DNA of 46,617 nucleotides from Catajapyx aquilonaris (taxonomy: Eukaryota): NCBI GenBank assembly GCA_000934665.2, contig KZ538806.1, forward strand, positions 1-46,617, read 5' to 3'. The translations under genes were made by a program, and so were the position numbers. The notes under the pieces were generated by a model. The model worked only from the letters and a program-made list of their open reading frames with translations. It searched no databases and was not told the DNA's origin. Shown one piece after another: positions 1 through 12,147 of this stretch; positions within the stretch are counted from its first letter, which is position 1; each line of letters opens with the position of its first letter.

Positions 1-471
1 TTAGTTCATATGTTGGGTTAGCTTGCATCTCCCTTCATCGCTGACTACCCCTCATAGGGAAATGTCGTGATGTTGTTGTTGTTGTTGTTGTATAATATTA
101 TTATAATATTAAATGTGAGTGCTTTTTTGCTCAGAAAGATATTGCAGGCAACAATATATTATGCTCCTACCCAGAGGAAGTGTGTACTCACAATAATGAA
201 TATGAACTGTTGAGAAAAATGGTAACAACAACTGGGACGTATGCTACAGTAAGCAGTTCCTGTGGTAGCAAAAGTGGTCACAGGCTGCATGTTAAGGGAG
301 AATGAAAAAGGTAATACCTTTTCCACCAAATTTTTCAACTTGGGCAGGACATGGTTGTTGTCATGATTTGAACAGAGAGAAGGATGAAATATTATACAGG
401 AATGATTACCTGGCATACCATATGTTTTAAGCATCAAAAAGTGATTTATCAAATTTTTTCCCATTCTGCAG

Positions 472-3400
472 GAACTGTGGAAACAACTGCTAACAGCCTG
501 GGTGACCTCTTATTTGTATGTGTATGTCGCCTGGTGCGTGATCGACCTCTGACCCAGCTATCCCTCATGGAAGCTATACGTGATGAGTATGTGACCCGGC
601 ACCTGCCAGATGGCCGCATCATATACACTGACCACAGGATATCATATGTTGCTGGCTACATGACTGAAGAGGTCATGGGGATTTCAGCTTTCAGCTTCAT
701 ATGTGACGAAGATGTGCCCTGGACAGCCGTTGCTCAGAGGCAGAGTGAGTAGTGCAACATCCTGTCTTCCACGCAGGACTACATTTGATTAGTCTTTTTT
801 CATTCTTTAAAAATTTCTTTCTTATTCCCATAAGCCTCTTTTAAACCCTTGGCTTTGTTCATTGACTCTGCTGTTTATGAATTTTGCATGTGGGAGGAAT
901 TAAGAGAACCCCAGGAAAACCTGCAAACACACAGAGAACCCATTCACATGAGCAAATTCTACATTTGACTGGGGGTATCAAACGTAGGCCCTCAAAGGTG
1001 AAAGACTGTGGCTTTAACTAGTTCACCACCATGCCACACAACTTCCTTCTTTGTTAATCAATTTTTGCTCTCTGATTATTGATCTTTGGGAAAAAATTAT
1101 GAGGCTGATGCTTCTCTGGTATTGAGAGCTTTTGTGTGTTTCATCCCAACTGTAGGTCTAAGCTGAGTTTTGTAATTTGCATCATCATACAATCCATAAT
1201 TGGAGAGCTCACTGGAAAATGGCACAGTCTCTGTCAGCCCCCTGTCACTCCTACGATATGGTAGTTTAATATAAAACTCTCTGCCAGACTTTGAATTTGG
1301 CGCTGGCGCACCCCCACAGGAATCGACTGCTGCCAGTCACCCGAATCCTAGTCTACGAACGCCATCTGAAGACAGGGCAGTTTGGGTTGGTTCTGAATGA
1401 GGCCAACCCGAACCAAACACCCCCCCNTAGACTACTGTCAACACAGGGCTAGGCTGGAAGTGCCAGGGGGCTGGTCTCTGTAATCCCCTTTTCTTTTTAT
1501 ATCCCTTTATGAAACATCACATACTGTATACTGTTGCAGAGGTTAACTTCAGCATTGGCAAAGTATGTTGCTTTTTGTATAGTTATGCAGTGTGTTGTGA
1601 ACATACACAAGAAATCCTTTTATCTGCACAATAAGTAATACAATTAAATTTTTGTGAAAAACTGTAATTGTGATATGATCAGTAAGCTGTGGAAACCCCC
1701 CCCCCCCCACTAAAAATCAAATAGGTTTGCCAAGGAGAAATTATGGAGCCATTTTTATGCAGATTTGAGGTACAATAATCTACTTTAATCCCTTCCACAT
1801 GGTATCCTAAGTCATCTGACATTCATGTTCAGGGGAATCATGCATACACCCTTTGAACCACACTGACAGTCCTGTAAAAGCATTACTCAGAGTGCTTGTG
1901 CTGCTCATAGAGTTCACCAAGCCTGTCAGTCAACATGACAACTTCACTCAGGATCAGATTACGCGGAATTTGCACTGATATTGATATGATAAGGGGATTA
2001 CATTTTGTTCTCCTTGCTACTCTTGATTAAAACTTAGTGTACATGAAGAAGCAAAAATTTCAGAGTTCGACAATGTAGAGCATTCACTACCAAAAGACCT
2101 GAAATTAAAGTTTATATTAATAGGCATAAGGGCACTAAAAATAGGCTCATTATCATCTCTGGTCATGGTGGATATTATGAGGGGCTTTACTTCTAGAGAT
2201 AACCTTACTAACCCTGGGCAGTGTTATTTTCTCCCCATTTGTTTAACCATTTGGGTGCTTTGACTTTCTTTTTTACTCATTGTCTCCATATCAGCAAATT
2301 TGTTTGTGTTGGTTCAATTAAAAAATTGAGCATAAACAGTTGTAGTCAGGAACAGCAGAGAATACATTAGGATATTCAATTTCGCCATCAATTTTGTGGA
2401 TAGTTTCATTAATCAGTATGCAGTATAGTGTGTGTTATAAGCATGACTGTGGAAAGCAGAAAACTTTGACCATTCGTTGCAAAAGTGGCAATTTGGCTAT
2501 AACTGACCTCTGTTATATCATACTTTTTTCCGTGGTGCCTTGAAGTCTGTTATATCCTGATTCAACTTTGGTATTGATTTTAAGCCACTTACCATGTTCA
2601 ACAAGAACTTATTATTGGCCAAAGTACTAATTCTGTGAATTGTTTCCAGTGTTCAACAATGTGGAGGGACATGGTGCCACTGTGTACAGGCTGAGGAGTA
2701 AGACTGGGCAGCTCATCTACCTGCGCACACGAGGTTTCCTGGAGTTTAACAAGACTACCCAGAAAGTGGAGACCTTTGTATGCATCAACACATTGCTTCA
2801 GTAAGTACTCCAAATCTTCCTTACAGTGTTACATATCTGTGAAATGTTAGGTAATTTGTGAAACGAAGTAACATTACTAAATTAATATTATGTGAATTAT
2901 GTATTCCCAAGACATCAGAAACATTACTAAAGAATTTCTGGATTTTTCAGGGAAAAAGATGGTGAGGCAGAGATGCAGCAGCAGCAGGAAAGGTTGGCAC
3001 CACTCATTGCTCTTCAACAAGCAGGTGCTGCTGCAGGGGCCATGCCAGTGGATATGGTGAGCTGTTTCACTTGCATAACAAGAAAAGAAACATTTTGTTG
3101 CCTTCCATTGTAAACTGTCTGCTTGTATAAACAGGAGTCATTTGTGAATTGAAGATAACAATGTGTATCACCTCCTGACGTTTGGCAGTTACAAGCTCAA
3201 CCCCATGATAGTTAATTCACCGGAGAATCTGCCTGGGTGAGATTGGAAACAAATATTACATTTTGGGAATGACATATGGTAGGATGTGGTGAATTTAACA
3301 CTATTTAACACTATATAGTGGTGCCTCTGGCCTACTACTGGCACTGAAAATGACACCTCGTGGACAAGGACCATAAATAATACATACTTGCCACATGTTT

Positions 3401-6400
3401 CAGGTCAGGGAGTCTGGGTAAGCTTCCTGTTTCATATCATATGATTGTATTATACACTGGTAAGTGTCACCAGGATCTACGCAGAAGGTGGATTTGTCAC
3501 TGAATATAACCATAGACCAACTCGCCTAGTTCCAGGCCCATCTTTCCTTTGCCCACCCAAGTCAGTTGTGCTTTTGTGAATTTGTCAGGAGGGTTTTATT
3601 TTTTTACTACAGTGGAACCTCGTATTTCGAACGCCCCTAACAAAACGTTCCAGAGTTCGAACGCTAATCTGGAGAGAAAGGACATGGGGCAAATATTATG
3701 GGAAAAGTTGCACTGTTGGATTTGGCTGAAACTTGGTCAGTTGATATACCTTGATCTAGGGTCAATTGTTCTGAAGGCTGCATAAAATCTACCATGCTGT
3801 TTGCCTGCTAGAGGCGCTCAAAGTCAGACTTTCACAGCCTTTCAGGTGGCTCCTATTGGGCTCATTTTCACATATGTCGTTGAGTCGAATGAGCTGAGTC
3901 GAATGAGGCATGTGGTGCTTTTCTGTGACAAACCATTTGGCAGTTATTGTTATGTCACACTTATAATCCCACTACAAGGTCCAATGTTGAACTCGATTGT
4001 GCATCTATCAGCCGAATGGTTTGTCACAGAAACTTGCCACAGGGCTCATTTGACTCAGCTTGTGAAACTACAACATATGTGAAAATGAGCCCGATGGGAG
4101 CCACCTGAAAGTCCGTGAAAGTCCGACTTTGAGTGCCTCTAGCGGCCAAACGGCACAGTATATTTTCTGCGGCCTTCAGAACAATTGACCCTTAGGTCAA
4201 GGTATATCAACTGACCAAGTTTCAGCCAGATCCAACGGCGCAACTTTTCCCATGTGATTTGCCCCATGACCTTTGATCTGGAGTTTGAACAATGCTTCTA
4301 AAGTTCAAACTACTTGCGCAGTAAAAAAATGCATTTGTTGCATAAACGCCATCTGTTGTGGGCCCAACTTGTCTCTCGCTCTCACTGAAAGCATCTCTTG
4401 CATTACTCTCGTGTGTTTTCAGTGATTTGCTTAGTTTTTATGCATTTAGCTAACTTATACAGAATAGAAGATGACTCTCCTTTCAAACAGTAACCTTGCT
4501 CCTTCTCTACACCTTCCTCTCCACACGTGATATGACCACCCTTCACTGGTGCATTAAATGCAATTTTCATATTGTTCTACAGTGTTTACATATTTTATTT
4601 ATCATTTTCATGTTTTAATTCATTATTCAGCGCATTTGATAGTGTAATGGTTACCTTAAATTATGTGTATTTGCTGTGTCAGTTTATCAAAATGGGTATT
4701 GTCTAGGGTCTGGGAATGGATTAATCCACTTTCAATTATATCTTATGGGAAAAATTGATTCGGACTGTGAACAATTCAGAGTTCGAATGCCCTCCCAGAA
4801 CGAATTAAGTTCTAAGTACGAGGCACCACTGTACAGTGTATGAACCATCATAAAGATGTGACCAGTGTTTGCTTCTTTAGATTCATGTAGGCTACTGACT
4901 TCGTAAAAGCCTAAGCCAAGTCATGTATGTGATGGTGACAGGTCTTTTCCAGCTGCCACTGCCCGTTCCTGCTTCAGCTGGTCTGTGGTTAGCCTCTTGT
5001 TCTTCTTGGTGATCTTCCAGAGACAGCAGTCAATTGCTTTATGTCACCCAGAGTGCCTCTTAGGTTTGACAGTGGTCCTTTGCCTGCATTGTCTGATTAT
5101 GTCTGCTACTGTACTCTGTTGCAGGCCAAAGGTCTTTGGTGATTGCCTGGCCTGATTTTCCATCCTCATTGGCTTGCAGAATGATTATGTGGGAGTCCTT
5201 AGAAATAGGCTGTCCACATCCCATGGTGAAGGCAATGTCAAAACTGGGTTCATGGGATACATACAGATAGCTTTGTCACATGGGTTTCTGGGAGTGAAGT
5301 AGCCATCAGATGTTCAGGTCATTTCCTCCTGACCAATTATTTTGTGGCAGCATGCACTGTGAACTAATATTTCCATGGCTGGTTGCTCATTTTTAGGTAT
5401 GTGTAATATTTACGATACTTGTCCACGAGGCATGATTTTCAATGCCAGTAGTAGCCCAGAGGCACCTCTGTACAGTGCTAAATTAATGACTTCCTACCAC
5501 ACCTTGTTCCGAGGATGGGGCGATGGGATATTTGTTTACGATTTCACCCAGGAAGATTCTCAGGCGAACAAACTATTATGGGCTTGGGCTGGTACAATGG
5601 CAACAATATGAGCGGCTTTCAATCTGAAGCTGTCAGATGTACTATATCGCTCAAAAAGATAGAGACGATTGGCATTTGAGTCAAATGCAAAATCGTCTCT
5701 ATCTTTTTGGGCGATATAGTACAGTCATGAGCATAAAGATGTCAAGGGTAGACCAGAGGAAGAGATCTGGATCTGGTCTACTGTTCACATCTTTATGCTT
5801 GTGATCATACCAGTGGTTTGTGAATTGGTGTTATTGGATGGACTCAATCACTAAGTTTAAATCTTCTCCTCACTTCAGGGTATTTCACTTCCTCCTTTCA
5901 ACATGCTGGAGGCACCACAGCCCCCACACTCAACCACTCGCTCTACCCCTCTACCTTCTCCATCGTCATCTTCAGTAGCCTCCCCCCATTTGGCCAACCT
6001 CCATCCACCTGGCAATCCCCAGGAACTCTCAATGCAACCATTAACCCAAATGTCAGAGAGTCATCCTCCACCCATGGCAATCCCAAGCTCTCCTGCTGTG
6101 CCTCCAACTCCCCAGCAGCCTACTGGGGAGGTGCAGTGGTACCAGGCACAGGATGCATTCAGCAGCTTCAACTTGGATGGGAGCAATGGTAGCGACTGGG
6201 GATTGGAATCCATACAGGTAAGAGCAGATATAATCCTTTGTGCACGGTCTTCATACTTGTTTACTGAAACTTATAAACATGGGGAGTTACTGTATGCTCT
6301 TGATAATGTCAGTTGTTCAGGTTGTTGGAAATCAGGACCAATTTCAGTAGAGCATCTTTTCATACATGTCCTTCACATGATGCCTAAGAGAGTTTTTTTT

Positions 6401-7558
6401 TTTTCCCCTGGACAGGTGACGAATCTCGAAACGCCGCCCATTAGCAACAGCAATGTGGACAGGGTTGGAATGAGTGGTATTGGAGCAGACAGGATGGGGG
6501 TTCGAGGTCGTCGGGCTAGCCGCAATGGGAAAGGTTCTGTCCCAGGGTTGAAACGAAGCCTGGCAGACCTTGACTTCGATGCAAGTCCAAAGCGGTTTGA
6601 GAGCAATGGAAAAGTGGCAGACATAACACATGCTGACTTGAACATGAACATGCGAAACAGCAAAGTGACTGTGACAAGCACCAGGGTGAGAAACATTGTG
6701 GAACCAGCAGACATCAAGAAGGCACCGGAGGAGTGGTTTATGTCTCTGAGGGGTGTGAATGGGGGTAGTGTTGGCAGTGGTGGGGGGAGTGGTAGTGGTG
6801 GTGGTGGTGGAGTGAACAGTCTTGGGGGTGCCAAGTGGTGGAGGGACAAAGTGGCAGATATGGCACTCTTTCATCACCAGCAGTTGGACATGGTGCAGAC
6901 ATCCAACAATGTGGTGCACATAGATGGCAGGTTCGGGCAGCATGGCGATACAGGTGAGATGATTGTTGAATGTGTAGACCAGTTTTACATAGTAAGTTGT
7001 TGGCCTTTAGGACAACAAGCATTTGCTTCAAAAGCATACAGAATTATTACTTAAGTGTGTCAATCAGCTATAAATTAACCATAGATCAGAAAAAGGCAAT
7101 TATTACTGTAATTCACCCCGTCTGATTTTATTACCAAGCAAAATATTCAACTGCCAATGTTGTTCATAAACATAACACATTCAAGGTACTATCTCAGTCA
7201 AAGAGATGAAGACTTTCCATCACGAGGGGCTTCAATGACTTCACTAGAAATTCAGTGATGTCTCCGCACCAATGCACACGTACAGTAAGGAAGGCCGTCA
7301 TATTCACATACACTACCGCCCATTAGTGTTGGAGCGCAGAAATCACTGGTTTTCCAGTAAACTAATTGAAGCATTGCATTTTAGAACATGTTCATCTTAT
7401 TGGCCACAAGAGTACCTAAAGTATCCACGTAAGAAAGTACTTCATGTCAAATTGTGAGACGTACATCCCAGATATTATTAATTAAAATATACAGTAGCTA
7501 TACTGTATGGACAAGCAAAAGAGTATTCTATCACACTTTCATTTTATTTTCAGGTTGA
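472..7558 (+). CDS. Met: Methoprene-tolerant (bHLH-PAS juvenile hormone/methyl farnesoate receptor), 3' part; bHLH and PAS-A exons lie upstream of the window
   Basis: Exons 472-744, 2650-2800, 2951-3056, 5879-6217, 6416-6953, 7554-7558 (GT-AG, phases consistent). Spliced PAS-B reads EYVTRHLPDGRIIYTDHRISYVAGYMTEEVMGISAFSFICDEDVPWTAVAQRQMFNNVEGHGATVYRLRSKTGQLIYLRTRGFLEFNKTTQKVETFVCINTLL, the Met/Gce signature, followed by a Pro/Ser/Gly-rich tail. Confidence 0.9.
830..1037 (-). mobile_element. Degenerate tRNA-derived SINE (family shared with 33620-33842 and 42092-42365)
   Basis: Reverse complement has decayed A/B boxes, then the shared body motifs TTTGCTCATGTG...TTCCTCCCAC...AAAAGAGGC. Confidence 0.5.
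1235..1473. mobile_element. hAT-like MITE
   Basis: TIRs CAGCCCCCTGTCACT / AGTGCCAGGGGGCTG. 8-bp TSD GTCTCTGT at 1227-1234 and 1474-1481. Confidence 0.8.
2385..2568 (+). mobile_element. 3' fragment of the Tigger/pogo-like MITE family seen intact at 21829-22297
   Basis: Shares TTTTGTGGATAGTTTCATTAAT...GAAAGCAGAAAACTT...GTGGCAATTTGGCTAT...TTTTTCC(C)GTGGT...GTCTGTTATATCC with 22145-22297. Confidence 0.7.
3610..4831. mobile_element. Tigger/pogo-like non-autonomous element carrying a nested insertion
   Basis: TA-CAGTGGAACCTCGTA ... TACGAGGCACCACTG-TA termini with TA TSD. Confidence 0.8.
3675..4275. mobile_element. Palindromic MITE with 8-bp TSD (hAT- or P-like) nested in 3610-4831
   Basis: Arms of ~250 bp are inverted copies (AAAGGACATGGGGCAAAT / ATTTGCCCCATGACCTTT). 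TSD ATCTGGAG at 3667-3674 and 4276-4283. Confidence 0.85.
5642..5809. mobile_element. Two adjacent hairpin mini-MITEs (5642-5719 and 5722-~5807) joined at a TA
   Basis: TA-CTATATCGCTCAAAAAGATAGAGACGATT / AATCGTCTCTATCTTTTTGGGCGATATAG-TA, then AGCATAAAGATGT...GTAGACCAGA / TCTGGTCTAC...ACATCTTTATGCT. Confidence 0.7.
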
Positions 7559-10500
7559 GAGCTTCAAAATGTTGGCACATGTACAGAGACACAAGATGCA
7601 GTGTATGCATGTGTTTTTTTTTTTGCCCTCCATTGTTGTGACTGCTCAACTAGACTCAACTGCATCGGCAGCATTACTTGCAACAGGAGGGAAGTGAAAA
7701 AAAAAGTGGATAATGTTTGGTATGTAATACAGGACAGCTCTCCTCAGGTGCTATGTAAGATAAATAGAAAGAGTTGCCAGCTGTGTGCTTCTTTTATGTG
7801 ACTGACTTCTGCCGCACTTCATAAGGTGTGATTTCTTGCAGAAGGAAATGGCAGATTCTTTTGTTGAGCTGGCAGGTTGTGCGAAAAGGCACTATTTACC
7901 AAGCCCCCCAACTCCCTCTTTTTTATTTAAAAATGCAGCTGGGAAATTGTTCAATCAAAAAAAAAACCTGTATGTTTATTTTGTTGTGTTTTTTTATCTG
8001 TTCCTTTAAAAAAATAATTGGTGGTGCTTTTCAAATTTATCTATCATGGGCAGGGTTCCAAAAATTATTGACTGATCGTCTGAGAGAAATTTTCGAAGAT
8101 ACGTATTAGTTTGTGATAACTCCAGTCAAGTTGCAAATTTTCTGAGGAATATTGTTTCTTTTGTGCACCCAAAAATAATTGGATTTTGCATCCCCATGGG
8201 CAAAAAAAAAATACAGCTCACAAATTTGTGTTGGTAAGCTGTAGATATGCATTATTAGGCGTTGAATATTTCTGTTACATGGCCAAAATTTTATTTTCAG
8301 AGAAAAATACCCCAGGCTGCCTTTTTCTCTCACCAGTGCCTTTATTTTAAATTCCATACGATGTGTAATGAGCCCATCAAACAAATAAGTTCAGACCATT
8401 TTTTTTGCCATGGGGATAACACTTGAAACTTGAACCTTTGTACTGTAAGTTTAGGTATAGTGTAGTTATCACGAAGCATAAGAATGCAATGAAGATCATT
8501 GAAAGAGTGAGCGGACATGACCAAGAAAGAAAAAAAATTCAAACATAAATGGCGAGTTTACTGGTTTAGAATTTTTAGGAGGAACAAAAAAACTGTGCTC
8601 AATTTTGCATTACCACATAGCTCATTCTCAACAGTGCAACATCAGTATAATTTTTTACAAGACAACCAAATTTTCTTTTTGAAACTGAAAAAAGCAGGTG
8701 CTTCCTCTGAACCAGTATACATCGATGGTGCGCCCCTGTTGTGTAATAATATATGAATTTTTAGCATCGAATGTTTCATCTCATAATTACTTTCTTTTTT
8801 TTACCATCTAAAAGAATTACACTTTGCAGCTATAATTTTGTACTGAAGCCAATTATACTTTTTGCAGTACCATTATCAATAACAACCATATTAGCTCCAG
8901 GGAGACAACATCAGTATTTATAATTACTTATGATGACAATATCAAGGAATCTTGGTAAAAAATTAACTTTCAGTTAAATTTGAGTTTGAATTAATTTTCT
9001 ATAAAAGTTGCACTTCAGAGTGACTTTTGAAAAAGGAGTGCTTGAGTAGAAGGAATTTTCAGTTAGAACACTGGTAATTGGCTCTGCTGGGAGAAGAAAT
9101 GATGGCAATGTTGGTACGGTACTGTTGCATTAAAGTCAGGTTGTGTTTTTGAATCACTTACAAGTTTTCTGGCACGCGAGGCAACAAATGCACAGGAACA
9201 TTTTCATAATGTACACCCAGTAATTCCTGCCATTTACGACGTCCACTAAGGAAAAAAAAATCAGTAGTTTCAGCCCACAGACATTTGTAATGCCATTGAA
9301 AAGACAGGCAGCTGCATGGCTCTGTGGTTGAACAGTGCTCAAAAAAAGGAGAAGAAAATAGCTTACTGTTAATCACAGACTGATTTTTTCAGAAGACTGA
9401 GCAAATTGTGGTTACAAAACTTTTTTTTTTCTTTTTATAATCCCCCCCACTTTTGATATGCTTGTTTGGTTACAATTTTTTACCCTCCATCATTCACTTC
9501 TTTATTTCTTGGGATGATTAACATAATTCATATTTATTGTGTAGTTATCACTATGTATGTCAAGTTTTTTTAAAAAAGTGTAATGCTATTTGTCTATTCC
9601 CACCATAGTGCATGATCAACTTTTGCACGTGATTTGGAATACCCTGAGAATGTTCTTAAAAGGCTAATGTTTGGAATGGTACGGTGCTTTTTGAACTGGA
9701 TTTTTATGCTTCTGGATGAAATAACGAGTGGTGCGGATCAGATGGCATCCCAAAGAAATTAAATGGCATGGTACATGCAACGTTGATTATAGAGAGCTTG
9801 TTAATTACAATGTGAGGATTGTTAAGGAGAAGTTTTTTTGGCTTGTTTTTTTGACACTTGAGTACAACTATATTGTTAGAGTGTTTATATTCCCGGTATG
9901 ATTTTTTAAGGATGAAAAGAAATCAGTTTCCGAGATACTGTTTTCATTTTTTGTACTCAACCTAGTGGCTAGAAAATTATTTTTTGTTCACAAAAATGTA
10001 TATGCTTCTCCCTCAAAGGAATTGCGTGATAAGTGTTCATCCTTGTAGTCTTCATAGTCGTAGGGAAGATTTAAATATTACAAAAACTAACAAAACAAGC
10101 AAAAAAGAAATGTGTAACTTCCATTGTTGTTTCTCTGGCAAGTCTTATTAACAGTTGAAGACCCATAATATGAACTATATTCCCATTTTTCCTTGTTGTA
10201 GTATCCTGCATAAATGCCACACAAGATCGCACTTGTTGCACCAGTGTTTTTTTCCTCGTTATTTTTTATTTGTATTGTCACCCTGCCAGAACCAAATAAT
10301 TATGTACAATGTCCATCTACCTCCATAGTGTTTTTTCTTTTCATTTTGTGGTGAGAATGATGAGTTTCTACAACTCAGACATGAAGGTAAAAGAACTCCC
10401 ACCATCCCCCTCATTTGAAAATAATAAATCCCGTATATGCTGTTAAATGGTAACATAGTTTATTAAATATTGTGTACATAATTTGTTATAACTTGTGGCA

Positions 10501-11940
10501 GCAATCAGAGTGTGACTCTGTCTTTTGTGTCTCCAATTTTTTTTGTTGTGCAACTGTCATTGTACATATATAAGTTTGTTTTCTTCCTCCCTCCTCTCCC
10601 TGCCTAACTGGCTCATCCCACAAACAAGATGTGTTTCACTCTATAGAAGAAAAAAAAAAATTGCAGCATAAAATTTTACCTTTAATATTGGACGACTTTA
10701 GAAAAATAGGAAATACCTTGTATAGAGTAATAACTGTGTACAAAATCCCAGTAATTCTGGAAATGTGTTCAAAGTTGTGATAACCTATTTGTTTTCCGTT
10801 TTGTTTCTTGTAATCTTTCCATCCCAATTTTCTCCTTGTGTATCATAGTGTACGTAGAGCTCAATTAATGTTAGTTAGGTGAAATGGTTTATTACCTGAA
10901 CCAGGACATGGTGGAAAGGGACTCTTTTAACATACCAGCACATAAGTGGTATCATTAGTCAAATTATTCGAATTTTCAATGTCATTGCATTGCTTGCTAA
11001 TTTTTGTAGGGTACTAAATTTAGAACTTGCCAATTTAATTTTGTTGAAATATATCAGCATTAGAGAAAAGAGTTTTAGGGATTATAAAAAAAGCAGTATG
11101 TGGCAAATTTCATATAAAATTTTTTGATACTGTCAGGTGACAGGCCTTGGTAAAAGTTAAGAAAACCATCTTCCACGATATGGCGGAACTTAACTGAGAT
11201 TTTTGTTACGAGCGTTTCAATTGTGACAGTCATTGCAAGTTAGAGTACTTAAATGTGAAGTTAGTGCCACTGGTTTTCTTTCGGTTTTCGATCCCTTGGC
11301 ATATGATGTCATGATATTTGTACAAAAAAACCCTTTCCACCCATTCCTATCGTAACATATTCCCTTCCGTCGTTTTGTTCATATCTTGGACGTCTCAATG
11401 TGCAGTGTCTTTAAAGGGAAAAAAACGAGTAGCTTTTTTCATGACTGTCAGACTGAGACTGCCTACCAACAATGATGTGTAGTACTGACGCAATTTTTTG
11501 CCGTGGTACTCGTATTTTCACGGAGTTTTATTTTTTGATTGAAGAAACGGAAAACAAGTGACACCTTCCCTATTCTTTTTTTAATTGTAACCCTTAGATT
11601 TTAGTAGTCGTTCGTACGTTTTCAACAAAAAACATTTAAGAAAAAAATATATATATTCTTCCTATGGTATGACTGTGTGAATAAATGACAATTGCACGCC
11701 AGTTTGAAACCTTCTCGGGAAAAATTTTAACGAAACAATGTACAACTTCCAAGTTTTTTTTTCCTGAAAGGTTTATTATTATTAATTACAGTTATTATTA
11801 TACTCAGAATGTGTGAGTCATGATGACCAATATATCAGCTATATAGTCTTCTTTGTTTTTATTTTCCTTCTGTTGTTCACTGGAGTTATTTCTTAGGAAA
11901 AAGTAATGTTATGCAGAATAAAAAACGATACCAGCACACC
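7559..11940 (+). other. Probable long 3'UTR of Met
   Basis: Follows the TGA at 7556-7558. U-rich tracts, no convincing ORF or MITE seen, AATAAA at 11680 and 11917 just upstream of the next gene. Confidence 0.55.
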
Positions 11941-12147
11941 ACTGTGTAAAAAAAAAAAAAAAAATCTGTTGTGTTTTTATCTCTTGTTGTGATTGGTGAC
12001 CCTCTACTAGTCTAGTGCATTGGATGATACGATGTCACGATCGTAAAGTGATAATTTGAGGACATGATTGGTCGCCTTTCTCTTCGTTCGCCAACCTATC
12101 TATTCCGCCCCATCCGAAGGGGAACCGGCTCCAGTCCACGGGTCGCC

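Noticed and set aside
5903..7054. 383-aa ORF as a stand-alone gene
   Set aside because: It consists of two Met exons plus an in-frame intron and read-through. An acceptor at 5878 links it to the upstream Met exons.
11948..11964. Genomic poly-A run after AATAAA as a retrocopy tail
   Set aside because: No TSD or processed ORF was found, and homopolymer runs are frequent throughout the window.
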